DNA of 64,000 bases, taken from positions 140,203 to 204,202 of the forward strand of contig JABLXB010000001.1 in the NCBI GenBank assembly GCA_013178305.1, given 5' to 3'. Below, in pieces: positions 10,249 through 19,373 of the stretch. How positions within the stretch are numbered: the stretch's first letter is position 1; every line of letters starts with the position of its first letter. The notes below the pieces were generated by a model. It made no database searches, was not told where the DNA came from, and saw nothing but the letters and a program-made list of their open reading frames with translations. Source of the DNA: Bacillota bacterium (GTDB lineage: Bacteria; Bacillota; Sulfobacillia; JABLXB01). The translations under genes and the position numbers were made by a program.

Positions 10249-11316
10249 CTATTGGAGCCTCGATATCAGTTCCTCGACCGAGGTCCCCTCCAAGCCCAAG
10301 GTTCGCAGGTTACGCCCCTCGGACCAGAGGTCGGTGCCCAACAGGTGAGAAACGAGGTGGATTACCGAGTCTATGATCGGAGTCGGCACACCCGCGATCC
10401 GGCCCATGGATGAATAGAAGACGAGACCCATGGGCACATCTTCGGTAAGGTACCGGTCGGTAAGGGTCTTGGGCCCTTTCATCTTGCGTCCGGCCTCGAT
10501 ACCTTCGTAACCAAACTGATCGATAAACACGCGCCCAACTTCTTCGGGTAATTCGCAATGGGGTTCGCCAAGGCCGAAAGCTTTCCTGACTTCCACCCGC
10601 TCCTGGTCCAGGGAACGCATGACTCTCCATACGGAGGGCGTCATTGCCTCCCTGTAGAGCCAGAACTCCCCCTGCGAGTATTCGATCCTGCTCGCGCTGA
10701 GCAGCGTCGGCACAGGGTGTATACAGGGATTGGTGTTATTGAGAGCGACGTCAAGTATGTTGTTTGCCGGGCACACTTCCGGATAGAGCCTCGCCAATAC
10801 CCTGCATGCTTTGTTGGTGCGGCTTGCAGGATACGCAGCGAATGGGTTAAAGACCGCGCGGATGTGGATTGCCACCTCATTCTGGTCCACCATCCTGGCT
10901 CCGTACGGGAGAGTGGACGTTTCACCTAAGGTGATGTCTTTCCTTATGCCCATCTCGGCCAATACCTTTCCGAACAGGTAAGAGCCGAAGCCCCCCGGAA
11001 GCAAGAACACGTATTGCCCGTCTTCAAGATATGGCCCGCACAGTCGCGCCATGGACTCCTGCGCGAAAGCGGGAACGATTACGAGGACGACTTCGGCTCC
11101 AGATAAAGCTTCCTGAGGGTTGTGGGTTGCAACGTGCAGCGGGGCCAAACCCTGCCGCCATATGCCGCTCAGCCTGAGTTGTTTCGTTTCCCGGATGGCT
11201 TTGAAAGACTCCTCGAACTGCGGCACCTGGAAGAGCCGCACCTCGTGACCGTCCAGCGCCATATGTGCGGCAGCGGCCACACCGCCGTGCCCTGCGCCGA
11301 GTATCGCTATCTTCAT
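10249..11316 (-). CDS. NAD(P)-dependent octopine/nopaline (opine) dehydrogenase family oxidoreductase, paralog 1
   Basis: N-terminal Rossmann motif MKIAILGAGHGGVAAA, a 355-aa length and a C-terminal domain typical of the Octopine_DH family; about 35% identical by eye to the 12740..13870 paralog. Confidence 0.75.
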   Translation of the reverse strand: MKIAILGAGHGGVAAAAHMALDGHEVRLFQVPQFEESFKAIRETKQLRLSGIWRQGLAPLHVATHNPQEALSGAEVVLVIVPAFAQESMARLCGPYLEDGQYVFLLPGGFGSYLFGKVLAEMGIRKDITLGETSTLPYGARMVDQNEVAIHIRAVFNPFAAYPASRTNKACRVLARLYPEVCPANNILDVALNNTNPCIHPVPTLLSASRIEYSQGEFWLYREAMTPSVWRVMRSLDQERVEVRKAFGLGEPHCELPEEVGRVFIDQFGYEGIEAGRKMKGPKTLTDRYLTEDVPMGLVFYSSMGRIAGVPTPIIDSVIHLVSHLLGTDLWSEGRNLRTLGLEGTSVEELISRLQ

Positions 11317-11345
11317 ACTTCTCCGCCTCCCTGCAGGCAGGATAG

Positions 11346-11390
11346 GCGCTACCCAATTCCATCTAACCAGGGATAGGGATTGGGTAGCGC
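11346..11390. other. perfect 12-bp inverted repeat (GCGCTACCCAAT / ATTGGGTAGCGC) with a 21-nt loop, between the membrane-protein gene and dehydrogenase 1
   Basis: Read directly from the sequence. No downstream U-tract on the transcribed (minus) strand, so it is not a canonical terminator. Confidence 0.5.
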
Positions 11391-11411
11391 GGGTTCATGT
11401 GGCTCACCGGG

Positions 11412-12548
11412 TTACTTGACCTCGAGGGTCTTGGAACGACCGATCTTGACCAACCCGATCGTCAGGACGGGAATCACATGAGCGACAAAGAATCCCCACG
11501 AAATAGACCCGTATCCTTTTGCGATGAGGTTGATCAGCCCGAACCTCGACATTCCGATGCTCAATACCGCCATTACCAGCGCAATGACGGCCCGCAGCGG
11601 GCTCGTCAAGGTCTGGCCCTTCTCACGAAGCGTTGCGGCCACGCGCTCGTTCACGCCGTGGATGAAGCCTATGCCGGTCTCTATCAGCGTCCCGAAGAGC
11701 GTAATCTCATAGGCTGCGAGGATTAGCACCGAGCCGAGCCTGGTCAGCGCGAAGAGAGCAGGTATCTCCGATTTGAGGATCTCCGGATAACCGCCAACCA
11801 CGACCACGTAGAAGAAGAATGCAGGCAGTATGGCTATGAGGGAGCTCAGGATACCGGAGACCACCGCTTCGCTGCGTTTCTCTATGCTGCCCAGGGTGAA
11901 CAGAACGGCAGGGATGCATCCAAGGTTGTAGAGTCCGTACTTAAATCCGGCCAGCGCCCAACCTGGTTTAACCTCACCCGTGCCAAAGGCCTGCGCTATC
12001 GAAGGGCCAAACTTCGACAGTCCCGCTACCAGGAAGACAATGTATACCGCATACAGCGCGAACGACCACCAGGACATATACGTTTCGATCGCTTTGCTTC
12101 CATAGTACGCGAGGAAGACCACCCCGACGAGCATGCCGACGACTCCGGCGAGATAGGGTATGCCGAACGTATCCCTCAGGATGGATCCGGACGCCGCTCC
12201 CACCACTGCGAGAACCAGGAACAGCAGGAGGATGTAGAGAACCTCGTACACGGGCCAAAACGGCCCCAATAGCTCTTTGAAGAACCCACGGTAGTCGTAC
12301 TGCTTGAAGACCCGGGCAAACTCGTACGAGGCCGAAAGGACGATAGCCCACATTGTGGCGGTGACCAGGAACATGCCCAGCAGACCGCCGATAGGACCAT
12401 AGTTGAGGAAGAACTCTACCAGCTCACGGCCTGTGCCATATCCACCGGCTATGACTACGGATTGAAAAACGAATCCGGGAAGCAGGTAGACGCGAAATAA
12501 TCTCGAGTCGAGGAACGCATTGAGACGGAACCCCTTGTTACCGGTCAT
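11412..12548 (-). CDS. polytopic membrane protein, permease-like (YkvI / amino-acid-transporter-like family suspected)
   Basis: 378 aa with about 10-11 hydrophobic segments. Family assignment is tentative. Confidence 0.6.
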   Translation of the reverse strand: MTGNKGFRLNAFLDSRLFRVYLLPGFVFQSVVIAGGYGTGRELVEFFLNYGPIGGLLGMFLVTATMWAIVLSASYEFARVFKQYDYRGFFKELLGPFWPVYEVLYILLLFLVLAVVGAASGSILRDTFGIPYLAGVVGMLVGVVFLAYYGSKAIETYMSWWSFALYAVYIVFLVAGLSKFGPSIAQAFGTGEVKPGWALAGFKYGLYNLGCIPAVLFTLGSIEKRSEAVVSGILSSLIAILPAFFFYVVVVGGYPEILKSEIPALFALTRLGSVLILAAYEITLFGTLIETGIGFIHGVNERVAATLREKGQTLTSPLRAVIALVMAVLSIGMSRFGLINLIAKGYGSISWGFFVAHVIPVLTIGLVKIGRSKTLEVK

Positions 12549-12687
12549 TCACGCACACCTCCTTGGGATTCTGGGGGTTCAGGGTTTTCCACCGGCCGGG
12601 GATCTGCCGAAAGGGTAAGGCAGACCTGATACTCACTCTCGTTCGTCAACCTCGGGCCGCTATCGGCAGATTACCCCGGCCTTCAGT

Positions 12688-12709
12688 TCTCCAGCGTGTC
12701 TCCAGCGTG
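12688..12709. repeat. exact tandem duplication of an 11-bp unit (TCTCCAGCGTG x2) in the intergenic region between dehydrogenase 2 and the permease gene
   Basis: Read directly from the sequence. Confidence 0.6.
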
Positions 12710-12739
12710 GGTCCTGTATCGTCTGGATACCTGAAACAC

Positions 12740-13870
12740 CTACATACCATCGACGTACTCGACGATCTGGCTCGGGGTCATGTCCGCAATACCCAGCTGC
12801 TTCAGTGTCCTACCCATCTGCCAGAAGTTCTGGTTACAGACTGCAGACCCTATGTACACGATGCTGTCGGTGACTGGAGTCGGCACGCCCAGTTTGTCAC
12901 CGAGCTGGGATACCGGCACCAACCCGAAGGGCAAGTCCTCCGTGATGTACCGGTCGTAGATAGTGTGAGGACCTGCGATGGAGGCGATGACTCCAGCCGT
13001 GTCGAATGGGGCCTGGAACGCCACGCCCATTATGCTGGTGGTCGCCCGGAAATCCCGATCCTCGTACTGCAGGACTTCCAGCCCCATGGCCTTGGCTACG
13101 CTCTCGACTTCGATGAAGATGTGACGGATGACCCTCGCTACGGCCTCCGTTATGCCCTCCCTGTACATGTTGAAATCCCCGCGGGAATACTGGATGCGTC
13201 CCGTATTAAGCAGGGACCCCGGTGGGTGAACGATCGGGTTCGGGTTGCAAAAGCCGGCGACAAGCACGTTACGGCACGGCTGGAGGCAGGGGTACGCCAA
13301 CTTCAGGACATCTACAATCTGCGCCGATTTCTTGCCCGGCAAGGAGGCCAGGAGTACAAGCGGGGCGGCGCAAAGGAGGTTCACGACTCCGGCCTCTTCC
13401 AGCCGTGTCCCGTAAGGCAAGGTATTTGCTTCCGCGATGGTAACATTCTTCTTGATACCGCTCTCCTTCAACAAGTGAGCCAGGCGCAGTGAACCGTAGT
13501 CACCAGCCCATACCACCACGGCCTGACCATCCCTGAGGTGAGGGAGGAGCTCCTTGAAGAAGGTATCGTGACCGGTGGCCGGGATAACCACGTTGATCCA
13601 CTCGACGCCTTCAAGAGCCTCCGCCATGTCGGTCGTGACCTTCGCGATCTTTGCCTTGCCGGTCCGTCCCATGCCCTTGAGCTCGATCGTCTTCGATTCG
13701 AGAACAGGCGCGAATTTGGGGCCTTTCGCGAACTCGGGCGTCTCGTACAGATGGACAGTGTAGCCAGCAAGCGTCAAATCCGCCGCCATCGTCTGGGCGC
13801 CGTTACCCCCGCCGAGAACGGCAATCGGTTTGTTTAACACCGCATCACTCCCTTTCCGAATAGTGGACAC
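12740..13870 (-). CDS. NAD(P)-dependent opine dehydrogenase family oxidoreductase, paralog 2
   Basis: Carries KPIAVLGGGNGAQ (Rossmann) and the same C-terminal domain as paralog 1. Start is GTG 13870 (AAGGA RBS) or the in-frame GTG at 13843 (AAGGGAG RBS). Confidence 0.75.
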   Translation of the reverse strand: MSTIRKGSDAVLNKPIAVLGGGNGAQTMAADLTLAGYTVHLYETPEFAKGPKFAPVLESKTIELKGMGRTGKAKIAKVTTDMAEALEGVEWINVVIPATGHDTFFKELLPHLRDGQAVVVWAGDYGSLRLAHLLKESGIKKNVTIAEANTLPYGTRLEEAGVVNLLCAAPLVLLASLPGKKSAQIVDVLKLAYPCLQPCRNVLVAGFCNPNPIVHPPGSLLNTGRIQYSRGDFNMYREGITEAVARVIRHIFIEVESVAKAMGLEVLQYEDRDFRATTSIMGVAFQAPFDTAGVIASIAGPHTIYDRYITEDLPFGLVPVSQLGDKLGVPTPVTDSIVYIGSAVCNQNFWQMGRTLKQLGIADMTPSQIVEYVDGM

Positions 13871-13896
13871 CCGAATCCTTACGTGTCAAACCCGAT

Positions 13897-13912
13897 TGCA
13901 AGGAGAATGCCA
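13897..13912 (-). promoter_or_regulatory. sigma-54 (-24/-12) promoter TGGCAT-TCTCC-TTGCA upstream of dehydrogenase paralog 2
   Basis: The minus strand reads TGGCATTCTCCTTGCA with GG and GC separated by exactly 10 nt. This is about 15-45 nt upstream of the candidate start codons. The adjacent gene encodes a sigma-54 activator. Confidence 0.6.
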
Positions 13913-14108
13913 TAAAAGGAATGCTGTAAGAAGCATGGTATTAACATGGTTGTGCAAGCACAACCGAATGAAAATCGAAGAAGGGGGTGTAACAGGTTGT
14001 TACAATCCCCTTCTTCATTCGCGTTCTTGAGTCGCTCGCGACCCAATGTAACCCCTTGTGACATGTCACGCGAACGTGTTACATAGGGCGTGATTCACCA
14101 GGCGTAAT

Positions 14109-15866
14109 TCAGTCTTCCAGCAGCCTATAGATGGTCTGGCGCGACACTCCCAACAGATTCGCGGCTCTCCTCTTATTGCCCCCTGTCAGTTTCAGCGTCT
14201 CCATGACCGCTTTCCTATTGGTATCCATTTGCTCCTTTTGGCTGATGAATTTACGTCCCGCAGGATGCAGTCCTGACACAAGCAAATCGTCCTCGGTGAT
14301 GTACTTCCCTTTACAGACGCAGAGAGCCCTGGATAGCGTGTTCTCCATCTCCCTGGCATTACCCGGCCAGCTGTGGAGCGACAACACCCTCCTGGCTTTG
14401 GGGTCTATTCCCTCTACCTCCTTGTTGATCGCTTTGCCCAGTTTCTTCAAGAAGGAATCGGCCAGAACCTGGATATCCTCTCTCCTCTCTCTCAGAGGAG
14501 GTATGCTAATATAAAGTACCTTAAGTCTGAAGTACAGGTCGGCCCGGAACTTCCCGTCCCTGACCATCTCTTCAAGGTCCCGGTTGGTTGCCGCGATTAC
14601 CCTGACATTAACGAAGAAGGGTTTACTTCCACCGATTCTGGTAATGCTCGTGGTTTCGAGAACCCTTAAGAGTTTGGCCTGCAAGTGGATCGGCATTTCG
14701 CTTACTTCATCGAGAAACAGGGTCCCACCGTTGGCGAGCTCGAACTTTCCTGGTTTGCCACCTTTTCTGGCGCCGGTGAATGCCCCCTCCTCGTAGCCAA
14801 ACAGCTCACTATCGATCAGTTCGTTGGGGAAGTTGGCACAGTTGACGGCAACAAAGGGCTCCGACTTCCGGGCGCTGTAATTGTGGATGGCCTGGGCAAA
14901 GAGCTCTTTACCGGTTCCACTCTCGCCCTGTATTAATATGTTCGCTGTACTCTGCGAAAAGGTTTTTGCCAGGGATATCCTCTCTTTTATTGCCGGGCTT
15001 TCGCCGATTATGTCGTCAAATCTGAACGTCGCTTCATACCCTGCAATGGTGTTGGCCAATTTCCGGGAACGTTTCATGCTTCTGAATATATCAATGGCGC
15101 CAATGATGTTCCCCGAGTCATCAAAGACGGGGTAACCGGAGTTATACAGATGCATCGCATTGCCTTTGAACTTCAAAAAATACTCATAATCCACGATGCT
15201 CGTTTTCTTATTCAGGATTTTGAGCAAGAAGGAATTCGTGACGAATTCGTCAATGCTTCTGCCTATGAATTCTTCCCGTGGCGTTTTTGTCATCTCGCAG
15301 CACATTTTGTTAACGTAAACGAATCTGCCGTCTTTATCGCACGCGGAGATTCCATCTTCAATATGATCAAGGAAGCGCACAAGGAGCTCATATTTCTTTT
15401 CGGCGTTGTACTTGTTAACCACTGCTGCAATGTCATTGATGTTCTTAGCGGTGTTCACCAGGAATTTTGGGATGTCGTCCTCTTCTTTGTCTGTTGCGAA
15501 GCACAAATAGTAATCTAAACCCTCTTCTTCCCCCGATTTATGATAAAAGTACAAGATGACCTTCCCAGGCTCATTTAAATCCCTGACGAATTTCGCGACT
15601 GTATCGGAATCAATCTTCGGCTTATACGATATGTCGAAGCATTTCCCTACCAATTCCTTCAACTGCGGTTTATCTTTAGCATGTACGGCAAGGATCGTGA
15701 AACTGCGGTCCAGGAGTAGAAGGCAAGAGTCTTTCCCACACATGGTCATGAGGCAGGATAGACCAAAACAGTCTGTCAATACGCGTCTTCCTGTATCAAT
15801 GGCCCTTTCCACAACATCCTTGGCTATCGCTGAGTAGAGAAATCGAATGACAACATCGTTGAGCAT
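14109..15866 (-). CDS. sigma-54-dependent transcriptional activator with N-terminal sensory/PAS region, AAA+ sigma-54 interaction domain and C-terminal Fis-type HTH (RocR-like)
   Basis: Contains GESGTGKELFAQAIH and GAFTGA sigma-54 interaction motifs. The C-terminal HTH reads RRAANLLGVSRQTIYRLL. The gene is about 45% GC against about 65% in its neighbours. Confidence 0.85.
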   Translation of the reverse strand: MLNDVVIRFLYSAIAKDVVERAIDTGRRVLTDCFGLSCLMTMCGKDSCLLLLDRSFTILAVHAKDKPQLKELVGKCFDISYKPKIDSDTVAKFVRDLNEPGKVILYFYHKSGEEEGLDYYLCFATDKEEDDIPKFLVNTAKNINDIAAVVNKYNAEKKYELLVRFLDHIEDGISACDKDGRFVYVNKMCCEMTKTPREEFIGRSIDEFVTNSFLLKILNKKTSIVDYEYFLKFKGNAMHLYNSGYPVFDDSGNIIGAIDIFRSMKRSRKLANTIAGYEATFRFDDIIGESPAIKERISLAKTFSQSTANILIQGESGTGKELFAQAIHNYSARKSEPFVAVNCANFPNELIDSELFGYEEGAFTGARKGGKPGKFELANGGTLFLDEVSEMPIHLQAKLLRVLETTSITRIGGSKPFFVNVRVIAATNRDLEEMVRDGKFRADLYFRLKVLYISIPPLRERREDIQVLADSFLKKLGKAINKEVEGIDPKARRVLSLHSWPGNAREMENTLSRALCVCKGKYITEDDLLVSGLHPAGRKFISQKEQMDTNRKAVMETLKLTGGNKRRAANLLGVSRQTIYRLLED

Positions 15867-16047
15867 AATAACCTCTCCCGGCTGAAGTGGGTGATTTGTG
15901 CTTCACTGGTGAGACCCTGCTATCCTTCTAGCAATCACTATGCTCATGATGAGTATGGGTCACATGGTAAACCGCCCCGTCAATCAAGCGGGGCGGCTGT
16001 GTTCTGAAACTGGCGGTTGTCGGCGCATGCCGGACTGTGGGGGTACT

Positions 16048-17262
16048 CTAGTTCTTCTCGAGGGACTTGACGATCTGCATCGTGTCCCGCGCAATCGCGA
16101 GTTCCTCGTTCGTGGGCACGACGAGCACCTTCACGCGAGAATCCGGCGTAGAGATCTCCTTTTCCCTGGCGGGGCTTTCGTTCAGCGCCTTGTCGACCTT
16201 GATCCCAAGGACGCTCAGCTTGGAGCATACGTGCCAGCGCACCAGCGTCGAATTCTCGCCGATCCCGCCGGTGAACACGAGCACGTCGAGCCCGTCCATC
16301 GCGGCTGCGTAGGCGCCGACGTATTTGCGCAGCCTGTAGCAGAAGATGTCGAACGCCCGTTTCCCGTTCTCGTTCCCCTCGAGCATCGCCAACTCGATGT
16401 CGCGCATGTCGTGGGATATCGCCGAAAGGCCCTTCATGCCGCTCCGCTTGTTGAGGAGGTCGTTCACTTCCTTGACCGACATCTTCAGGTCCACGACCAT
16501 GTGATAAGTCAGTGCGGGGTCGATGTCACCGCACCTGGTCCCCATCACCAGGCCCTCGAGCGGCGTATAGCCCATGCTCGTGTCGACGGACTTGCCGCCG
16601 TCGACGGCGGTGATACTGCACCCATTGCCGAGGTGCGCGGTTATGGTCTTGAGATCCGCCGGTTTCCTGCCGGCGATTGCCGCGGCGCGTTCGGAAACGT
16701 ACTTGTGCGATGTCCCGTGGAAGCCGTAGCGCCTGATCCTGTGCTCCGTGTACATTGAATAAGGTATGGGGTACAGAAAGGCGTGCGGCGGCATGGTGGT
16801 GTGGAACGCCGTGTCGAAAACCCCGCACTGCGGCACACCGGGCAACAGATGCTCGGCCGCCTCGATTCCGAGAAGGTTGGGCGGATTGTGCAACGGCGCA
16901 AGAGGTATGTTCTTCTCGAGGGCTTTCTTGACCGCTGGAGTAATCAGCATTGAACCCGCAAACTCCTCGGCGCCATGGACAACGCGGTGGCCCACGGCGT
17001 GTATCTCGGAAAGGCTCCTGACGGCCCCCACCTCGGGGTCCTGCATAGTGTCGAGGATGATCTTGATGGCGACCGAGTGGTTCTTGACCGGCAGCACGTC
17101 GCGCTTCTTCACGCCCCTCTGAGTCTGGTGTGACAGGATCCCGTCGTCCATACCCACGCGTTCGATCTGCCCCTTGCAGAGAACAGACTCATTCGTCATG
17201 TCCAACAACTGGTACTTGACGCTCGAGCTCCCGCAGTTCAGCACAAGCACGTTCATGTCCAT
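16048..17262 (-). CDS. pduW: acetate/propionate kinase (PduW/AckA)
   Basis: 404 aa beginning MDMNVLVLNCGSSSVKYQL, with VGHRVVHGAEEF and LVFTGGIGENS motifs; directly downstream of pduL. Confidence 0.85.
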   Translation of the reverse strand: MDMNVLVLNCGSSSVKYQLLDMTNESVLCKGQIERVGMDDGILSHQTQRGVKKRDVLPVKNHSVAIKIILDTMQDPEVGAVRSLSEIHAVGHRVVHGAEEFAGSMLITPAVKKALEKNIPLAPLHNPPNLLGIEAAEHLLPGVPQCGVFDTAFHTTMPPHAFLYPIPYSMYTEHRIRRYGFHGTSHKYVSERAAAIAGRKPADLKTITAHLGNGCSITAVDGGKSVDTSMGYTPLEGLVMGTRCGDIDPALTYHMVVDLKMSVKEVNDLLNKRSGMKGLSAISHDMRDIELAMLEGNENGKRAFDIFCYRLRKYVGAYAAAMDGLDVLVFTGGIGENSTLVRWHVCSKLSVLGIKVDKALNESPAREKEISTPDSRVKVLVVPTNEELAIARDTMQIVKSLEKN

Positions 17263-17305
17263 ACCTCCATACTCCGGATGTGTTGTGGGTTTGTCTGGTC
17301 CCGGG

Positions 17306-17944
17306 TCACTTGCATCCCATTACCAGGACGACCGTATCACCCGTGGACAGGAGGGCTGCGTTTGCCTCATCCGTGTCGATGTGACACTCGAGGGCGTACT
17401 TGGGGCTGACGCGAACCAGCACGTCGTCGAAGGTTGTCTTCCGATCACCCTTGTCGACTCGAATACTGACCACGTCCCCATCCTTGCACCCGAACCTTGC
17501 AGCCTCGGCTGGGCTCATGTGGATGTGGCGCATGGCCAGTATGCACCCTTCCTTGAGCCTGATCTCCCCTTTCGGGCCTTTCACAACGAGGCCCGCGGAA
17601 CCGTGAATACTGCCCGATTCCCGCAAGGGCGCCTCCACACCGAGCTTGAAGGCGTCGGACCTCGAGACCTCGATTTGAGTCTTGTCTCTGACCGGGCCCA
17701 TAACCCTGACGCCTTCGAAGGAACCCTTAGGACCGGCAATCGTTACGGTTTCAGCACAGGCATACTGGCCGGGCTGGCCCAGGTCGCGAAACTTCGTTAG
17801 CTCGTGGCCCTCGCCGAAGAGCGTGCAAAGATCGTGCTGGCTGAGGTGAATATGCCTGTTGGATACCCCTACAGGTATTCCCTGAGGGGGCGCCTGGTTG
17901 CTCAAGCGCTCAGCCTCCTTATAGAGTTTGCGCGGCGGTCGCAA
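17306..17944 (-). CDS. pduL: phosphate propanoyltransferase PduL
   Basis: 212 aa containing GIPVGVSNRHIHLSQHDL and a duplicated PduL fold (AMRHIHMSPAEAARFG). Confidence 0.85.
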   Translation of the reverse strand: MRPPRKLYKEAERLSNQAPPQGIPVGVSNRHIHLSQHDLCTLFGEGHELTKFRDLGQPGQYACAETVTIAGPKGSFEGVRVMGPVRDKTQIEVSRSDAFKLGVEAPLRESGSIHGSAGLVVKGPKGEIRLKEGCILAMRHIHMSPAEAARFGCKDGDVVSIRVDKGDRKTTFDDVLVRVSPKYALECHIDTDEANAALLSTGDTVVLVMGCK

Positions 17945-18157
17945 GAGCGTCTGCCGGCGCGTAAATACAGTACTGACTCTCGCCTATTCGCCGTATAAAC
18001 AAACATTTCCTTGCATCGCTGCATGGAAGAGTGATGCGACCACGTCAAGGCCATGGCCGGCGACCGGAGGTAGCCCCCCGATCGACAACTCGCAGGATAG
18101 CACTGGCCTTGCAGCGCGTCAAGCGCGCGCGGCCCCCTCCGCGGCCCGCCCTGGGGA

Positions 18158-18196
18158 ACCACAAACAGAACAGCCCGGCCGATTGAACCGGGCTGT
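18158..18196 (-). terminator. rho-independent terminator after carbamate kinase
   Basis: 9-bp stem ACAGCCCGG/CCGGGCTGT with a 9-nt loop, followed on the minus strand by TCTGTTTGT. Confidence 0.5.
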
Positions 18197-18242
18197 ATTC
18201 CGCGTTGGCCCTGTGCGATTTTACGAGGCCAGCCGATGGATC

Positions 18243-19193
18243 TCAGGCGCCCGTGACTACGCGCGTCCCCGCCTTCCCCTTCAGCGCTTCGACCGCCGTG
18301 TCCAGGGACGAGATGATGGCGATGCTGCCGCCGCCGGCGACGAACCTCCTGCACGCCTCCACCTTCGGTCCCATGCTCCCAGCCTTGAAATGACCCTCTT
18401 GCTGGTAGCGGACCACTTCGTCGAGGGTGACGAGGTCCAGGTTTGCCTGGTCGGGCTTTCGGAAGTTCAGGGCGACCTTGGGCACGTCGGTCAGTATCAG
18501 GAACACGTCCGCCCCTATGTCCGCGGCCAGTCTCTGCCCGCCGAGGTCCTTGTCGATCACGGCCTCCACGCCCACCAGGCGACCACCCTCATCCACGACG
18601 GGGATCCCGCCGCCTCCGTTGGCGATGACCACCGCGCCCGAGTTCACGAGCGACAGGATAACGTCCCTCTCGACTATCCTTATGGGGTCCGGAGACGGCA
18701 CAACCTTCCGCCACCCGCGACCCGCGTCCTCGATCCAGGTCTCGCCCTTCTCCCTCATTGCAGCGCGGGCCCTCTCCTCGGTATAGAAAGGCCCCACGGG
18801 CTTTGTGGGTTTGGCGAACGCGGGGTCGGACCGGCTGACGACCATCTGGGTGACAACCGTCACCACGGGCACGTTGACGCCCTCTCCGCGGAGTATGTTG
18901 GTCATGGACTGCTGGATCATGTAACCGATGAGACCCTGGCTTTCGGCGCCGCACACGTCGAGTGGCATGGCGGGCACCTGCCCGGACCCAGCCTCATTTT
19001 GGATGAGTATGTTGCCGACCTGGGGGCCGTTCCCGTGAGTTATGACCACGCGGCAGCCGTCCTTCATCATGGCCGCTACCTGCTCGCAGGTCTTCCTCAC
19101 GTTCTCGAGCTGCTCTGCGTACGTCCCCTTCTGGCCAGGCTGGAGTATTGCGTTACCACCGAGCGCTACTACGACCGTCTTACCGTGTGACAT
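18243..19193 (-). CDS. arcC: carbamate kinase
   Basis: 316 aa beginning MSHGKTVVVALGGNAI with a VITHGNGPQVG motif, typical carbamate kinase. Confidence 0.85.
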   Translation of the reverse strand: MSHGKTVVVALGGNAILQPGQKGTYAEQLENVRKTCEQVAAMMKDGCRVVITHGNGPQVGNILIQNEAGSGQVPAMPLDVCGAESQGLIGYMIQQSMTNILRGEGVNVPVVTVVTQMVVSRSDPAFAKPTKPVGPFYTEERARAAMREKGETWIEDAGRGWRKVVPSPDPIRIVERDVILSLVNSGAVVIANGGGGIPVVDEGGRLVGVEAVIDKDLGGQRLAADIGADVFLILTDVPKVALNFRKPDQANLDLVTLDEVVRYQQEGHFKAGSMGPKVEACRRFVAGGGSIAIISSLDTAVEALKGKAGTRVVTGA

Positions 19194-19373
19194 GCAGCGA
19201 CCTCCTCAACATCGCATATATATGCATGGGCCGTGACTGGAGATGAAACCCATGCTAATGCGCAGCGTTGGGGAGTTTCGCCATAAGTGGTTTCCATACC
19301 TTCATGCATATCCCACTGAGCGGAATTGCTTCCCGATAATTGCGCCTGCCGTCGCCCACTGCAGGCCGCCCGC

